The position numbers were made by a program, and so were the translations under genes. A model generated the notes under the pieces. The model was not told the origin of the DNA. It ran no database searches and was given only the letters and a program-made list of their open reading frames with translations. Shown one piece after another: positions 28,831-39,257 of a stretch of 64,000 bases of DNA; position 1 is the stretch's first letter; each line of letters opens with the position of its first letter. The stretch comes from Minisyncoccia bacterium. GTDB taxonomy: Bacteria > Patescibacteriota > Minisyncoccia > Phycocordibacterales > PALSA-1337. Location: positions 15,827-79,826 of the forward strand of contig JBGAUV010000001.1 of the NCBI GenBank assembly GCA_044228445.1, given 5' to 3'.

Positions 28831-28871
28831 TTTAATAATATACGCCTTTTTTAAAAAAAGGCAAGTATATA

Positions 28872-29483
28872 CTATAAATTAATACCTGTAATAAGTGTGA
28901 ATAAAAAAGGTATAATTGGCTCAAATACTGGCCATAATAGGAATAGAACTATAAATATTGTAACTATTTGATTATTTTCTAGAATAGCTCTATATCTATT
29001 CATGCTATATGGTAAAAGGTTAAACAATACCTTTGAACCGTCCAAGGGTGGTATCGGAATAAGGTTAAATATACATAACACTGTATTTATAATTACAATA
29101 TAAGAAAATATAGATATCGTGGAGTGTGGCAACATATCCTGAAAAAACCTAATAGACAAGCCAAATACTAAAGCTAAAAATAGATTTGAACCAGGTCCAG
29201 CAATAGAAATAAGCATTTCCCCTACTCTACGATTCTTTATATTATATGGATTCCATTCTACAGGTTTTGCCCAACCAAATGTCATTCCAAGCATAGAAGT
29301 TATAAGTGGAATTATCACAGAACCATACAAATCCATATGTTTTATAGGGTTTAAAGTAAGTCTCCCCTGCAACCTTGGTGTAGGATCGCCTAAAATATCA
29401 GCTACATAACCATGGCATACTTCATGTATTACTACTGACATTATTAAAATTATTATTGATATTATGAATGCAATTGTGTCCAT
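28872..29483 (-). CDS. site-2 protease (peptidase M50)
   Basis: HEVCH, AGPGSN, NLIPIPPLDG. Confidence 0.95.
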   Translation of the reverse strand: MDTIAFIISIIILIMSVVIHEVCHGYVADILGDPTPRLQGRLTLNPIKHMDLYGSVIIPLITSMLGMTFGWAKPVEWNPYNIKNRRVGEMLISIAGPGSNLFLALVFGLSIRFFQDMLPHSTISIFSYIVIINTVLCIFNLIPIPPLDGSKVLFNLLPYSMNRYRAILENNQIVTIFIVLFLLWPVFEPIIPFLFTLITGINL

Positions 29484-29553
29484 TTTATTAAAAAATAAAT
29501 AAGTCCTTGCCAAATACAATACATATGATAGCATAGCTCTACAAACAAAACTT

Positions 29554-29796
29554 ATGGCAAAAATCTGCGCAATAACAAAAAGGGGTTCAATGGTAGCGGG
29601 TGGATATTCAAATCGTACTCGTGCTACACAATTTAACCCTACAGGAATGGTTAGAAAGTATCCAAATCTTCAAAAGAAAAAGATATACATACCTGAATTA
29701 AAGAAATCTATTACTCTTACAGTATCAACAAGAGGTCTTAAAACTATACAGAAGCACGGAGCATTTATAACTCTAAAGAAAGCTGGTCTAATATAA
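29554..29796 (+). CDS. rpmB: 50S ribosomal protein L28
   Basis: MAKICAIT...RKYPNLQKK..VSTRGLKT. Confidence 0.93.
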   Translation: MAKICAITKRGSMVAGGYSNRTRATQFNPTGMVRKYPNLQKKKIYIPELKKSITLTVSTRGLKTIQKHGAFITLKKAGLI

Positions 29797-29801
29797 TAAA
29801 T

Positions 29802-30611
29802 TCAATTCCCCCTCTCCCAAGAACTACCATTTGAAAACCAAGTGGTAGTTTTTGTTTTTGTAGTTTGAATATATTTTGGGTTTATTAAATTAAATAAATC
29901 TTTAGATTTTTTATTTTCTACACCACTATTAAATAATTCAACAATATTATCTTTTTGATCAATTTCTTTAGAATTGCTTTTATCTATTAAATTTTTGTAA
30001 ATGTTTTTTTGAATTGTTTTTGATAAATTTCCTAGTAAATAAGCATCTGTATCTTTATAAGAAATTAATAATCCTAGTTCAGGTAAACTTGTTTTATTAA
30101 ATTTAAAATCTAAGCTTGGAAATATAACTTCAATTTTTATATTATCTACATTTATTTGATCGTCTTTTTTTATTTTTATGATTTCTATCTTTTTATCTTT
30201 AATTATTTTATTTATTTGTTCCAAAGCTGTACTAGTAGAAAATATCTCACTCATGTATACCTTATCAACTTCATATCTTTTTAGTATATCTATTAATCCA
30301 AAAATTTGATTTGGCAATGAACTTGAAATAAAAATGTGATCAATTTTTCTTTTATAAAATGGAATTAAATCTGTAATATTTCTTATTACACCTTTATCCC
30401 CTGCTCCAATTAAAATATTTTTGCCTTTTGGTGTTTTTATAAAAATTGATCTTGATCTTGAACTACTCAAAAAGTTTATTTCTAAAAGTGGTTTTCTAAA
30501 TTCAAATCTATAAATATAAAAAGATAAATATATTAAACATAATAAAAATATTAATAAAAAAGCTATGTATTTTTTGCATAGTATTTCTTTAAAAAACTTA
30601 ATTGCTTTCAT
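29802..30611 (-). CDS. ComEC-type MBL-fold domain protein, metal-binding motif degenerate
   Basis: N-terminal TM; IFIKTPKGKNILI, PFYKRKID, GLIDILKRYEV match the ComEC beta-lactamase domain; HxHxDH absent. Confidence 0.7.
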   Translation of the reverse strand: MKAIKFFKEILCKKYIAFLLIFLLCLIYLSFYIYRFEFRKPLLEINFLSSSRSRSIFIKTPKGKNILIGAGDKGVIRNITDLIPFYKRKIDHIFISSSLPNQIFGLIDILKRYEVDKVYMSEIFSTSTALEQINKIIKDKKIEIIKIKKDDQINVDNIKIEVIFPSLDFKFNKTSLPELGLLISYKDTDAYLLGNLSKTIQKNIYKNLIDKSNSKEIDQKDNIVELFNSGVENKKSKDLFNLINPKYIQTTKTKTTTWFSNGSSWERGN

Positions 30612-30630
30612 GTGCCCACTGTAGCATAAT

Positions 30631-30675
30631 GAGATAAAGAAATAATGAAGAAATTATAAAATTTTAATAAAGTTT
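30631..30675. repeat. copy 1 of 45-bp motif with 11-bp periodicity
   Basis: 41/45 identical to 33055-33099. Confidence 0.85.
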
Positions 30676-30685
30676 ATAAAATAAA

Positions 30686-31282
30686 ATGAATAAATTTGAA
30701 GAAAAAAAATTTGATATTGGCGAGCTAAAAGGAATATCGAAAAAAAGTATTGAGGAACATTTAAAGCTTTATTCTGGTTATGTAAAAAATGCAAATACTA
30801 TAATTGATAAGGTTAATGAAATGAGAATTGATACTGAAAAAAATAGTTATGCAATTAGCGAAACAATGAGAAGATTTGGTTTTGAATATAATGGTATAAG
30901 AAATCATGAAGTTTATTTTGATAGTCTATCTGGTGGCAATAATCCACTACCGAGTTCATCAGTACTAAAAAAACAAATTGAAAAGGATTTTATTTCTTTT
31001 AATAAATGGCTTTCCGAATTTAAGGCTCTAGGTATGACACGTGGTATTGGTTGGGCTATGCTATATTTCGATAGAAAAGATAATAGACTTCTAAATGCTT
31101 GGGTAGATGAACAACATATAGGACAACTTCAAGATTGTAGTCTTATACTAGCACTTGATATGTGGGAACATTCATTTGTTGCAGACTATATGTCATCTGG
31201 TAAAAAGAATTATATTGAAGATTTTTTCTCAAATTTAAACTGGCTAAAGATTGAAGAGAATTTAAAAAATATAATAAAGTAA
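30686..31282 (+). CDS. Fe/Mn superoxide dismutase family protein
   Basis: EEH..LY.GY, NHEVYF, GIGWA, LDMWEH. Confidence 0.92.
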   Translation: MNKFEEKKFDIGELKGISKKSIEEHLKLYSGYVKNANTIIDKVNEMRIDTEKNSYAISETMRRFGFEYNGIRNHEVYFDSLSGGNNPLPSSSVLKKQIEKDFISFNKWLSEFKALGMTRGIGWAMLYFDRKDNRLLNAWVDEQHIGQLQDCSLILALDMWEHSFVADYMSSGKKNYIEDFFSNLNWLKIEENLKNIIK

Positions 31283-32559
31283 GTTATATAAATAAATAAA
31301 ACTATATAAGGTGAAAAAGGCGGAACCACAATACTTGAAAATGGTAGGTTCGCGCTTTTTTCAACTACAAATAATTCATAAGATAAAAGTATATGTGCTC
31401 CGTAAGCAAATAATTTTGAAATAATAATTGAAACGAAACCAAATAAGCCTGATAAACATACCAGTAACATTGTTAAAGGAATAAATGGCAAAACAATTAT
31501 ATTTACGAACATTCCAACTATTGATATTTGTCCCATCATATAGAGTATATATGGTGATACAAATATTTGTGTAGCTATAGTTGATGACACCACTCCCCTT
31601 ATTCCAAATTCTTCAGTAATAAACGTAAGTCTTTTTTCAATTGGACTAGCGAGTATAATAAGACCAAAACTTGCTAAAAAAGAAAGTTGAAATGATGGAT
31701 CATAAAATAATATAAGTGGATTTTGTATTAGCATTAATAAACCTGCAATAAATAAAGCTCTTAAAACTTTATAATCTTTTCTAAATAATTCTCCGATCAA
31801 AGCTATTATTGCCATAATACATGAACGTATGACCGTAGCTCCACCACCAACTAAAATTCCGAATAAAATTATTCCAATCATTCCAAGTACAATAGAAATA
31901 TTTCTTGGTAAAAATGAAAGTAATCTTCTTATTGTTGTTGCAATAATAGTTATGTTATATCCTGATAAAACTACTATATGTATCAGACCAGCTTTTCTAA
32001 AATTATCAATTATATCTTTTCCCAAACTAGCTTTTTCTCCAACCACCAAACCCGAAGCCAAAGCTGAGTGAGGTTCTCCCAAAACTTTATTTAAATTATT
32101 TACAAAGGCTTTCTTTAATTTATTTAACTTTGTACCCAAATTAAATTGCTTATCATTATTTAATATAGTTACATTTGCTTTTTTAATTTCATAATATATA
32201 TCATCTTTTTTTAAATAATTTATATAATCAAACTCTCTACCTGTATCCCCCATAAAGTTTCTTGGTATAGATAATTTACCAGAGACTTCTATTTTATCTC
32301 CATAAAAATACTCTTGATAAGGTTCAGTTGTAACCTTTATATTTGTTTCACTGTTAATTTCTAATATAAAAGTCTGGCTATTTTTCTTTGCTATTGATTC
32401 TGAGACAATTGTCCCTCTTAGTGAAACTTCACTACCTAGTTTCATATCAAGATCGGAAGAATGATGTTTATTCAATATAAAAACAATTCTTAGTATTGTT
32501 ACTAGAATCAATAGTATAAATATAATATTTTCTTTAATAATATATTTTATATTTGACAT
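31210..32559 (-). CDS. comEC: ComEC/Rec2 competence membrane protein (OB + Competence domains)
   Basis: FDYINYL, GLIHIVVLSGYN, RSCIM, SFQLSF. Confidence 0.93.
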   Translation of the reverse strand: MSNIKYIIKENIIFILLILVTILRIVFILNKHHSSDLDMKLGSEVSLRGTIVSESIAKKNSQTFILEINSETNIKVTTEPYQEYFYGDKIEVSGKLSIPRNFMGDTGREFDYINYLKKDDIYYEIKKANVTILNNDKQFNLGTKLNKLKKAFVNNLNKVLGEPHSALASGLVVGEKASLGKDIIDNFRKAGLIHIVVLSGYNITIIATTIRRLLSFLPRNISIVLGMIGIILFGILVGGGATVIRSCIMAIIALIGELFRKDYKVLRALFIAGLLMLIQNPLILFYDPSFQLSFLASFGLIILASPIEKRLTFITEEFGIRGVVSSTIATQIFVSPYILYMMGQISIVGMFVNIIVLPFIPLTMLLVCLSGLFGFVSIIISKLFAYGAHILLSYELFVVEKSANLPFSSIVVPPFSPYIVLFIYITYFIIFFKFSSIFSQFKFEKKSSI

Positions 32560-32586
32560 TGATTATGTTTGGTTTATACTTTATTT

Positions 32587-32673
32587 GTTCTTAACTATGG
32601 GCGTAAGCCTCGAGATCAATAAAGATCTCAAACTAAAAAGAGTTACTCAAGAAATTGGGTGACTGCTTTTTTT
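32587..32673 (+). ncRNA. candidate small RNA convergent with and overlapping the 3' end of the PemK/MazF-like gene
   Basis: TTGACA(32553)-16-TATACT(32575); hairpins GGC-GTAA-GCC and GAGATC/GATCTC; terminator AGTTACTCAA-GAAA-TTGGGTGACT-GC-T7 with G-U pairs on the + strand. Confidence 0.55.
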
Positions 32674-33035
32674 ATTTTTGTAAAAGTATTCTGATGTAAA
32701 CTACCCATCTTTTTTAATAATCTTCTTTTATCAAGGATTTTTAATTGTGATATTAGTGCAACACTAATACTATAGTTAAAATAGAATGGAAAATGAACTT
32801 TATCTATTCTTAATGTCTTTGTTAGTGGTATTGCAATGAATGTATACCTATTAATCTTTTTTAAAATAAGAATTGGTCTAACAAAATATTCCCCCTTTCC
32901 ATCCTGTTCTGAACCTATATTTAATCCTAGACTTGCCCACCATATCTCCTTTTCGTAAAAGAAAATCTCAATATCTTTTTCTGATATTGTTTTTTTAATT
33001 GCATTCCAACCATCAAAATCCTTTACATAATCCAC
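32643..33035 (-). CDS. PemK/MazF-like endoribonuclease toxin (orphan)
   Basis: EIWW..LGLNIGSEQDG...RPILIL...IPLT...SQLKILDKRRL..KMG.L. Confidence 0.88.
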   Translation of the reverse strand: MDYVKDFDGWNAIKKTISEKDIEIFFYEKEIWWASLGLNIGSEQDGKGEYFVRPILILKKINRYTFIAIPLTKTLRIDKVHFPFYFNYSISVALISQLKILDKRRLLKKMGSLHQNTFTKIKKAVTQFLE

Positions 33036-33054
33036 GCACTAATCCTAACAAAAC

Positions 33055-33099
33055 GAGATAAAGAATTAATGAAGAAATTATGAAATTTTAATGAATTTT
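33055..33099. repeat. copy 2 of 45-bp motif with 11-bp periodicity
   Basis: 41/45 identical to 30631-30675. Confidence 0.85.
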
Positions 33100-33175
33100 T
33101 TACTAGGACACAAAGGAATGTTACACCGCAAGTTGTGAGCGATCCTTTCCTGTTGCTTAATATGTGAAACTAGGT

Positions 33176-33658
33176 TTAAACACTGATATGGTAACCAGAG
33201 AGTAGGCCAGAATATAACTTTACAGGATTATTATCAGCAAAACTTGTAGCTATTACATCACAACGATTATTGCCTTCATTGTCTGCATGTCCGTCTACGT
33301 GTAACCACTTTATGTCTTTTCCTTGTGAAACAGACAAGAGTTTTTCCCAAAGATCCCTATTTAGAACCTCCTTTTTTGACGCTGTTCTCCAACCCTTTTT
33401 TTGCCAACCCTGTATCCATAGTGTCATTCCTTTTACTACATATTCTGAATCAGAATATAGAGTTATTGTTTTGCTAGAAAATTCACTTGGTAAAGTACTA
33501 AGTGCTTGTATGCATCCTATAAGTTCCATTCTATTGTTTGTAGTCATATTTTCTCTACCTCCAATTTCTAGAACTTTATCTCCCATGATCAAAACAGCAC
33601 CGTATCCACCAGGCCCTGGGTTTCCCCGTGACGAACCGTCCGTATATATCGTTGTCAT
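33176..33658 (-). CDS. rnhA: ribonuclease HI
   Basis: YTDGSSRGNPGPGG, TTNNRMEL, SDSEY, GHA..GNNRCD. Confidence 0.97.
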   Translation of the reverse strand: MTTIYTDGSSRGNPGPGGYGAVLIMGDKVLEIGGRENMTTNNRMELIGCIQALSTLPSEFSSKTITLYSDSEYVVKGMTLWIQGWQKKGWRTASKKEVLNRDLWEKLLSVSQGKDIKWLHVDGHADNEGNNRCDVIATSFADNNPVKLYSGLLSGYHISV

Positions 33659-33707
33659 AATTTTATATTCAAATTGTACTATTTATATTTTAAATAGCAA
33701 AATAAAA

Positions 33708-35402
33708 TTAAATTACATCAATTATCCTAAGCCTTAATTCTGGTCTTCCTCTGAAATTAGATTTTTCCATACAAGCAATTAAATTTATTTTATCTCCAAT
33801 AACTAGACTATTACCATTTTTATTTTTAAAACTTCCGCTATTCATAAAGAAACCTATAGCAGGAACTTTTTCTCCTGTCCTTTTACTAAATAGAAATTCT
33901 AGGTGATTCTTTTCTTTTCCAAACTCTTTTATGCCAGATATAGAAATATTTTTAAATATAAAACTTGGTTTAGGATTACCAATTCCAAATGGTGCCAATT
34001 TTTCTATAGAGTTATATGTTTTCCAATTAACATCTTGAATTTCAAGTTCTCTATCAATATATTGTATATTTTCTTTTTCTGAACTTTTTACTATTTTATA
34101 GGCTTCATTTAATTTCTCTTCTACATGATGTATACCTTCATTTGAAATTGCAAAACCTCCGCTTTCTGCATGACCACCGAATTGTAGAAAAGTATTTTTA
34201 TTTACTGCATTCATGAGATCAAGTAAATGAACACTACCTGCCGCGCGACAACTTCCTTTTATAATTCCATCTCCGTCCCTTCCCCAAAGAAATACAGGAC
34301 AAGAAAATTCTTCAGCAAAAACATTTGCAGCAAGACCAAGTAAACTTGGTTTCCAATCTGGATTTCCAATTACAATAACTCCATCAGGTTTTTCTCCATA
34401 TCTTTCTATTATTTTTTTCTTTGTTTCTTTTACTAGTGATGCTACAGTTCCTTTTCTTTCATTATTTATATGATCAAGGTTTTTTGCAAGAATATGTGCC
34501 TCATCATCACTATCTGTAGATAATAATTTAAATGCATCCATTGGTACACCCATACGTGAAGCAGCATTTATTCTTGGACCAATAGTAAAACCAATATCAT
34601 CTTCAGTTAAATATCTTTGATCTGATTTTAATAAATTTAATAATCTAACTAAACCTTTTCTTGGGGACTTTCTAAGTACTTGTAAACCATAATAAGCAAA
34701 GACTCTATTTTCACCGACTAGAGGTACCATGTCTGAAAGTGTGGCAATACCAACCATATCCAGAAGCCATTTTTCCCAACCGAGTTTTATACCAAAATCT
34801 TTTTTCTTAAGTATTCCTTGAATAACTTTATACCCGACCCCAGAACCGCAAAGCATTTTTTCAGGATAATTACACTGATCTTGTTTTGGATTTACTATTG
34901 CATAAGCATCAGGAATTATTTTTCCTGGTATATGATGATCTGTAATTATTACATCTATTCCACTCTCTTTTGCGAGACTTACAGGTTCGATATCTGCTAT
35001 ACCACAATCCAAAGTAATTATTAATTTTACTCCTTGCTCCTTAAAATCTTTTATTGCACCCACATTTAAACCAAAACCTTCATCATGTCTATGTGGAATA
35101 TAGTTTATAAAGTTTGTATAACCGATTTTCTTGAATGTATCATGCATACAAACTCCAGCAGGAATACCATCGGTATCGTAATCACTATATATAACTATTT
35201 TTTCATTATCATTTATTGCTTTCAATATTCTATCGACTGCTTTTTCACAATCTTTTAAAAGAAATGGATCATGAGTATGATTATCATAACTAGGATTTAA
35301 AAAATCTTGTCTCTCTTTTTCAGTCTTTATTCCACGATAAAAAAGTAAATGATCTGTAAGACTACCATTGTATATCTCTCTTACTTCATATCTTTTAGCC
35401 AT
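33708..35402 (-). CDS. recJ: ssDNA exonuclease RecJ
   Basis: [33 protein letters not shown]. Confidence 0.97.
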   Translation of the reverse strand: MAKRYEVREIYNGSLTDHLLFYRGIKTEKERQDFLNPSYDNHTHDPFLLKDCEKAVDRILKAINDNEKIVIYSDYDTDGIPAGVCMHDTFKKIGYTNFINYIPHRHDEGFGLNVGAIKDFKEQGVKLIITLDCGIADIEPVSLAKESGIDVIITDHHIPGKIIPDAYAIVNPKQDQCNYPEKMLCGSGVGYKVIQGILKKKDFGIKLGWEKWLLDMVGIATLSDMVPLVGENRVFAYYGLQVLRKSPRKGLVRLLNLLKSDQRYLTEDDIGFTIGPRINAASRMGVPMDAFKLLSTDSDDEAHILAKNLDHINNERKGTVASLVKETKKKIIERYGEKPDGVIVIGNPDWKPSLLGLAANVFAEEFSCPVFLWGRDGDGIIKGSCRAAGSVHLLDLMNAVNKNTFLQFGGHAESGGFAISNEGIHHVEEKLNEAYKIVKSSEKENIQYIDRELEIQDVNWKTYNSIEKLAPFGIGNPKPSFIFKNISISGIKEFGKEKNHLEFLFSKRTGEKVPAIGFFMNSGSFKNKNGNSLVIGDKINLIACMEKSNFRGRPELRLRIIDVI

Positions 35403-35446
35403 ATAGTATAAAGAGTATATCATGTAGAATTTGTTATACTATATTC

Positions 35447-35815
35447 ATGAAACAAGATAATAATTGTATATTTTGCAAAATAGTAAAAAAAGAAATACCA
35501 GCACATATAGTCTATGAAGATGATAAATTTCTAGCATTTTTAGATATAAATCCTCAATCTCCTGGACACACTCAAGTAATACCAAAAAATCATTATAGAT
35601 GGGTTTGGGATGTTCCAAATGTCGGAGAGTATTTTGAATTAGCCAAAAAGATAGCTTTGGCTCAAAGAAAAGCATTTGATACTGATTTTATATTAAGTAA
35701 AGTTGTAGGTGATGAAGTTCCCCACTCTCATATATGGGTATTTCCAAATAGTGAAGTAAAAGGAAATAAAAGAGACTTTGAAGTAAATAAAAATAAAATT
35801 AGAGAGAATTTATAA
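35447..35815 (+). CDS. HIT family protein
   Basis: [21 protein letters not shown]. Confidence 0.92.
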   Translation: MKQDNNCIFCKIVKKEIPAHIVYEDDKFLAFLDINPQSPGHTQVIPKNHYRWVWDVPNVGEYFELAKKIALAQRKAFDTDFILSKVVGDEVPHSHIWVFPNSEVKGNKRDFEVNKNKIRENL

Positions 35816-36940
35816 CTTAGAATTTTCAAGCGCTTCTATGCCTGGGAGACTGCCTTGAGATAAGAAATCAAGCATTGCACCTCCCCCTGTTGAAACAAAA
35901 GTAAAATCCTGTTCTATACCTAGTTTTGCTATAGCAGCCAAAGTATCTCCCCCTCCTACAATAGTCTTTACCCCGAGCTTTGTTGAACTAGCAATATGAC
36001 GAGCTAGATCTAGTGTTGGATTAACATAACCTTGTTCATAAGCTCCCAATGGTCCATTCCATAATATATATTTTGCCTTTTTTATTTCTTCTTCTATAAG
36101 ATTTAAAGTCTTTGGACCTGTATCATATATAACATCATTATCTTGAATTTCTTTTATATCTTTTACCTTATCATGAGAAATTGTTGCATCTATAGGTAAA
36201 ATGATTTTATTTGTTGAAACTAGTTTATTTAAACCAAAATTCTTTGGACTTACCATTGATTTGCCTATATTTATTCCATTTTCTTGTAAAAAGTTATTTG
36301 CCAAAGCTCCTCCAACAAAAACCTTATCAGCTATACCTGTAAACTTTTCTATAAGTGGTAACTTCGTTTCAAACTTTGCTCCACCAAGAATAAATAGAAA
36401 TGGTCTATCGGGGTTAAAGGCTGTACTTAGATTTTTTACTTCTTTTTCAAAAAGTATACCTGCATAACTTGGAATAAATTCTGTTATAGCTGAAACCGAA
36501 GCGTGTTCACGGTGTGATACTGCAAAAGCTTCATTTACATAAATATCTGCAAGACTTGCTAGTTCTTTTGCAAACTTTTTATCATTCTTTTTTTCACCTT
36601 CGTGATCTCTTAAGTTTTCTAAAAGGACTATATCTCCATTATCAATACTATTTATTACTTTTATACAATCTCTGTAATTTTTTATAAAACTACACTTTAT
36701 GCCGAGCTTTTGTATATGTTCAAATACAGGAGTTAAACTTGGTTTTTCGCCTTCTAAAGGTTCGATATGACTAATTAAAATTATTTTAGCCTTTTTTTCT
36801 TTTAAATAATCAATAGTTGGAATTATTTTTCTAAGTCTAAAATCATCTCGTACTATGCCATTTTCTATTGGTAAATTAAAATCTACTCTCATTAGGACTT
36901 TTACTCCCTCTAGATTATTTATATCTCGTAGATATTTCAT
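35810..36940 (-). CDS. pgk: phosphoglycerate kinase
   Basis: RVDFNLP, LLENLR, GGAK, WNGPLG, STGGGA. Confidence 0.97.
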   Translation of the reverse strand: MKYLRDINNLEGVKVLMRVDFNLPIENGIVRDDFRLRKIIPTIDYLKEKKAKIILISHIEPLEGEKPSLTPVFEHIQKLGIKCSFIKNYRDCIKVINSIDNGDIVLLENLRDHEGEKKNDKKFAKELASLADIYVNEAFAVSHREHASVSAITEFIPSYAGILFEKEVKNLSTAFNPDRPFLFILGGAKFETKLPLIEKFTGIADKVFVGGALANNFLQENGINIGKSMVSPKNFGLNKLVSTNKIILPIDATISHDKVKDIKEIQDNDVIYDTGPKTLNLIEEEIKKAKYILWNGPLGAYEQGYVNPTLDLARHIASSTKLGVKTIVGGGDTLAAIAKLGIEQDFTFVSTGGGAMLDFLSQGSLPGIEALENSKL

Positions 36941-36949
36941 TTATTTATT

Positions 36950-37711
36950 TTATTTAACTGAATCTACAACCTTTAATAATTCAACAAAGCCTTGTGGATT
37001 TACACTTTCTCTACCTACTAAAAGACCATTTACTCCCCCATTTTCCATTATATCCAAAGCATTTCTGAAACTTACAGAACCTCCATAAAGTATTGGCATA
37101 TTTTTACCATTTTCTTGACCGTACATATCTGATATAACTTTTTTAATGAAAATTACCATTTCATTTATAACTCCTGTAGTCATTGGTTCTTTTGCACCAA
37201 TAGCCCAAACAGGTTCATAAGCAATAATAAGTTCACTTATGAGTTTTTTTGGTATTTTATCGAGTGAATTCTTTATTTGTGATTTTAATATATCCAAGTA
37301 TGCACCTTGTGAATCTCTTTCTTTTTCTCCTATACATAGAATTGGGTGAATTCCGATTTCTAGATTCATAGCAACCTTTTTTGCAATAATTTCATCTGTT
37401 TCACCCATTTCCCTTCTCTCTGAATGTCCGATAATAGAATACTTAATACCAAATTCTTTTAACATTACGGGACTAATTTCACCTGTAAATGAACCTCTTT
37501 CTTCAAAAAAAGTATTTTGGACTCCATAACTTACATTATTTGCATTCTTGCTTGATATTAGCTTTGGTATGTATATAAATGGTGGGCAAATTACTATATT
37601 AGTATTTTTTAATTTATCAGATACTTTATTTATACTTGATGTAATTTTCTTTGCTTCGTCTATACTAGTCGGGTTCATCTTCCAGTTTCCTACAATAATC
37701 TTTCTTTTCAT
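36950..37711 (-). CDS. tpiA: triosephosphate isomerase
   Basis: GNWKMN, GHSERR, AYEPVWAIG, LYGGSV. Confidence 0.98.
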   Translation of the reverse strand: MKRKIIVGNWKMNPTSIDEAKKITSSINKVSDKLKNTNIVICPPFIYIPKLISSKNANNVSYGVQNTFFEERGSFTGEISPVMLKEFGIKYSIIGHSERREMGETDEIIAKKVAMNLEIGIHPILCIGEKERDSQGAYLDILKSQIKNSLDKIPKKLISELIIAYEPVWAIGAKEPMTTGVINEMVIFIKKVISDMYGQENGKNMPILYGGSVSFRNALDIMENGGVNGLLVGRESVNPQGFVELLKVVDSVK

Positions 37712-37766
37712 TTTTTTAAGTAAATTATTTATTGATTTATGAGACACTACAAACATAGTATATCAT

Positions 37767-39254
37767 TTACTTAACCTCATCCCAAGATATTATTGAATAT
37801 TGATTTGAAGTTAAAGGAAAGCTTGGTGGTGGAGAATACAATAAGTTTGAATCATATATAATGTTTCTAGTTTGATAACCTGTACCATCAGTATAAGCAA
37901 AACCATATCTTTGATTTGTTGCTATCATTCCATATAGTGTAAGTGTATTTCTAATATCATAACCCTGACAACTTTGTCCTCCACTACCATTGTTTAAATA
38001 ATAATATCTTCCTGCTCTACCATTTTGAGCAACTAGAGCAGCATCTATCCTTAGAGTATCAGCGCTTCTTAACCCTGTATTTATATTATCTTGAGCGATT
38101 AGTGATATAACATCACTACCATCATAATTTGTATAAAGTAAGTTATTATTTATTGTAATACTTCTTCTTGTACTTACATTATCTGGGAATCTACCTGCTG
38201 CAATTGTTATTCTGGCTGTATTTATTTGTCCATCCACCCAAACATGATCTTCTACGAAAATTATTCCATTTGCTGGATTTGGATAGTTTCCAACTAAAGT
38301 TTCAGTATTTATTGACCAAGAACCCCAGTTTGGTTGACTTTGTGAATCAGTACATTTACTTCCCATAGAAACAAGGGTATTTACCTTATATACATCATAA
38401 GTATCATTTGTCTTTAGCTTTATGTGATAACCCTGTACACCTGAACTAGCTAGATATTTACCATTTGCTTGTGCTAAAGTCTTCATTTGAGATAAATCAG
38501 TAGTTAAACCGGTAAAATCAAAGGTCTGTATAGGAAATGTTCTTCCCGCCATGAAAACATCTGGTCTATTTGGAACAGCAGCTGGCGGACTAGGATCATC
38601 TGTACCTACAGTTGTATATACACCGAATCTATATGCACTACCATTGTCAGGATCGATATATTTATCTTTTGATGATGTAATAAGGTTATGAGCTAAACCA
38701 TCAAACCTTATACCGTTGTTTGAGTGTATAGGACCGAATACTTCAGTACCAGAACCAAATCTCATAATATCATTTGCTGCCACAGCATATTTTGCCAAAG
38801 ACGGTATAGCTAGAGTAACCTGTATAGTTCTACTTAATCCCGTTCCATCATTTACTGTACCTTTTGATTTTATCTTTACTACAGTTGATCCTGTAGGTGG
38901 TGGTGTAATGGTCAAAGCATAATTCCCTATAACATTACCATCTTTATCGTTAAAATTGTGTATAAATGGCCCGTTTGTTGTTGTAGCGTTTCCATCTTTA
39001 TAATCAGTCTGATTGTGGGCTAAATGCCACCTATAGTAGTCGATTCCTGCTTCAGCTATTTGTAAAGCTTGTTCCTTTGAAGTTAATCTTTTTGATGTCT
39101 TTAATATAGTCGAACCCCAGGTAATTAATGCAGAAGTTACAGTAATACCAATTACAGCAAAGACAAGTACATTCACCAAGACTAGACCCTTATCTCCCTT
39201 TTTATTAAAATAAGTTTTATTTTTATTCATTGGGCTTTTAAACAATATTTTCAT
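37767..39254 (-). CDS. PilX/GspK-like minor pilin
   Basis: KG|LVLVNVLV class III signal lacking E5; ALQIAEAG PilX N-terminal motif. Confidence 0.8.
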   Translation of the reverse strand: MKILFKSPMNKNKTYFNKKGDKGLVLVNVLVFAVIGITVTSALITWGSTILKTSKRLTSKEQALQIAEAGIDYYRWHLAHNQTDYKDGNATTTNGPFIHNFNDKDGNVIGNYALTITPPPTGSTVVKIKSKGTVNDGTGLSRTIQVTLAIPSLAKYAVAANDIMRFGSGTEVFGPIHSNNGIRFDGLAHNLITSSKDKYIDPDNGSAYRFGVYTTVGTDDPSPPAAVPNRPDVFMAGRTFPIQTFDFTGLTTDLSQMKTLAQANGKYLASSGVQGYHIKLKTNDTYDVYKVNTLVSMGSKCTDSQSQPNWGSWSINTETLVGNYPNPANGIIFVEDHVWVDGQINTARITIAAGRFPDNVSTRRSITINNNLLYTNYDGSDVISLIAQDNINTGLRSADTLRIDAALVAQNGRAGRYYYLNNGSGGQSCQGYDIRNTLTLYGMIATNQRYGFAYTDGTGYQTRNIIYDSNLLYSPPPSFPLTSNQYSIISWDEVK

Positions 39255-39257
39255 ATA

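Noticed and set aside
29802-29830. Alternative genetic code (TGA=Gly, Gracilibacteria-type)
   Set aside because: Conserved genes translate full length in code 11 with normal Gly and Trp codons, and TGA acts as a stop here
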